From positions 1-35,871 of the forward strand of contig NW_024705537.1 of NCBI RefSeq assembly GCF_018977255.1: a stretch of DNA of 35,871 bases, in the 5' to 3' direction. The position numbers were made by a program, and so were the translations under genes. Below are positions 34,725 to 35,871 of the stretch, one piece after another. Every line of letters begins with the position of its first letter. Position 1 is the stretch's first letter. The notes beneath the pieces are model-generated. The model made no database searches. It worked only from the letters and a program-made list of their open reading frames with translations, and was not told the DNA's origin. Source of the DNA: Callorhinchus milii. Lineage: Eukaryota.

Positions 34725-34927
34725 CCCACCCCACACAGTATGTGTATGCATACTTGAGACAGATAGCCATCAACTCGATATTAATGAAAGTAAATTGTAG
34801 GACTCAGAGTAATCATGTGTTGGCTTATGAGTTATTTAATTCTTTTTTTGGGAGGATGGGTTAGCCACATGTCTGATACATATGACAACTCATCACCATA
34901 CCAGACTGAGAGTTCCATACATGTATG

Positions 34928-35054
34928 CCATGGTAGCAGTGAACATAGTCATTGCCCATCGATTTATCATGCATTGTACAGGTAATCACTGCTGTTCTTC
35001 TTCGATTATTGTTCATGGATCTGGGCTGTGACAAGGTAAAACCATCACAGCCAA
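34928..35054 (-). pseudogene. TRGV: TRGV-like family 3 fragment
   Basis: Copy of 1991-2117 and 5955-6081. Confidence 0.8.
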
Positions 35055-35871
35055 CTGGAAACAGAAAATAAAATCATTTACTATCTCTGATAATGTGATG
35101 ATCATTCAATTGCATCTAACCCTGTTTGTGCCAATAAGCAGTGTTTGCCGTTATGTTACCCCTCCCCCCACCACCTCAAGCTGGGCAGTACCTTTGCCAA
35201 TTATTCATTTTCTAACATATTGGCTCATTTGGCAACACTCAGGTTCCGCGTCAAAAGGTTGTGGTTTCAAGACCTGCAGCATTTGCACTTCTGTTAGGGA
35301 ATAGGGTGTCAGCTATGGAGTCTGGCATTGATGGTCTCACAGAGCTTGTTTTGGCAAAGACTGTGCTATGACTGATCTATAATTTTTGGAGAGTAATGAT
35401 GGTGAGTAGGGCCTTAGGGAAATCAGGTCTGGAGGGGACAAATGCGTGGAGGAGGGATTTGGCTGTATTGGGAGTGATGTGAGGACAGAGGCAGGTGATT
35501 AAGACAATGGTCTTCAGCAGAACTTGATTTTAAGACACATTTCAACCTCTATTACAATAATATTGAATTCATGTTACAACTGATACGCCATGAGGCTGTA
35601 GTTATATTTTACAAATATAGCAGTATGCACAACAAAGAAAACATAGGTTTCACCATCTTTCATTTACCATCAGAGAGAACTGATATGTCAGATACTTAAA
35701 ACGTGCATCTCTGGAGGAATGAGCAGGAGACTGTCATCTGTAAATGCGACCTTCAGTAGATTTAATTTTGAACAACACATTTTACAGTCAATAGAATCCT
35801 TCAAAGCCAATGGCAATGCACAGACATTATGTTATTCACTTCTGTAATACAGTTACTGGACTGCACTTGAA

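Larger units (their letters stand above)
33170..35871 (+). repeat. Segmental duplication of 4200-6900 (and 230-2930)
   Basis: Near base-for-base collinearity. Identical spurious 69-aa ORFs at 2158, 6122 and 35095. Confidence 0.9.

Noticed and set aside
1-35871. J, C, CRISPR or prokaryotic features; Ig light-chain cluster interpretation
   Set aside because: I saw no FGXG J motif behind a 12-RSS and no C exon by eye. The periodicity is V-gene tandem duplication. Absence of interleaved J-C argues against cluster-type shark Ig light-chain loci.

Overview
Eukaryotic (jawed-vertebrate) genomic DNA: a tandem array of antigen-receptor V gene segments, all on the minus strand. I found no J, D or C segment. 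Each V has a short leader exon, a ~80-110 bp intron, a V exon and a 3' RSS with a 23-bp spacer. The YYCGxW(D/H)S ends, long CDR2 and translocon layout fit T-cell receptor gamma V (TRGV) best; this is inference, not a database hit. I count 19 V elements in three families. Family 1 (CGVWDS, leader MLRTG) has 9 apparently intact genes. Family 2 (CGLWHS, leader MWGC) has 5 copies and family 3 (CTMHxKSMG) has 5 copies, all damaged. The repeats (tRNA-derived Deu-type SINEs, L2 3' ends, a CR1-like tail) suggest a cartilaginous fish. The most notable unexplained structures are: a second, same-orientation 23-spacer RSS-like signal 81 bp beyond the normal RSS of every family-1 and full-length family-3 V; one CTCF-like motif per family-1 repeat unit, all antisense to the V genes; conserved RBPJ/Runx/Ets-like promoter motifs; and patchwork, conversion-like V sequences. 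All coordinates and counts were read by hand and may be off by a few bases.
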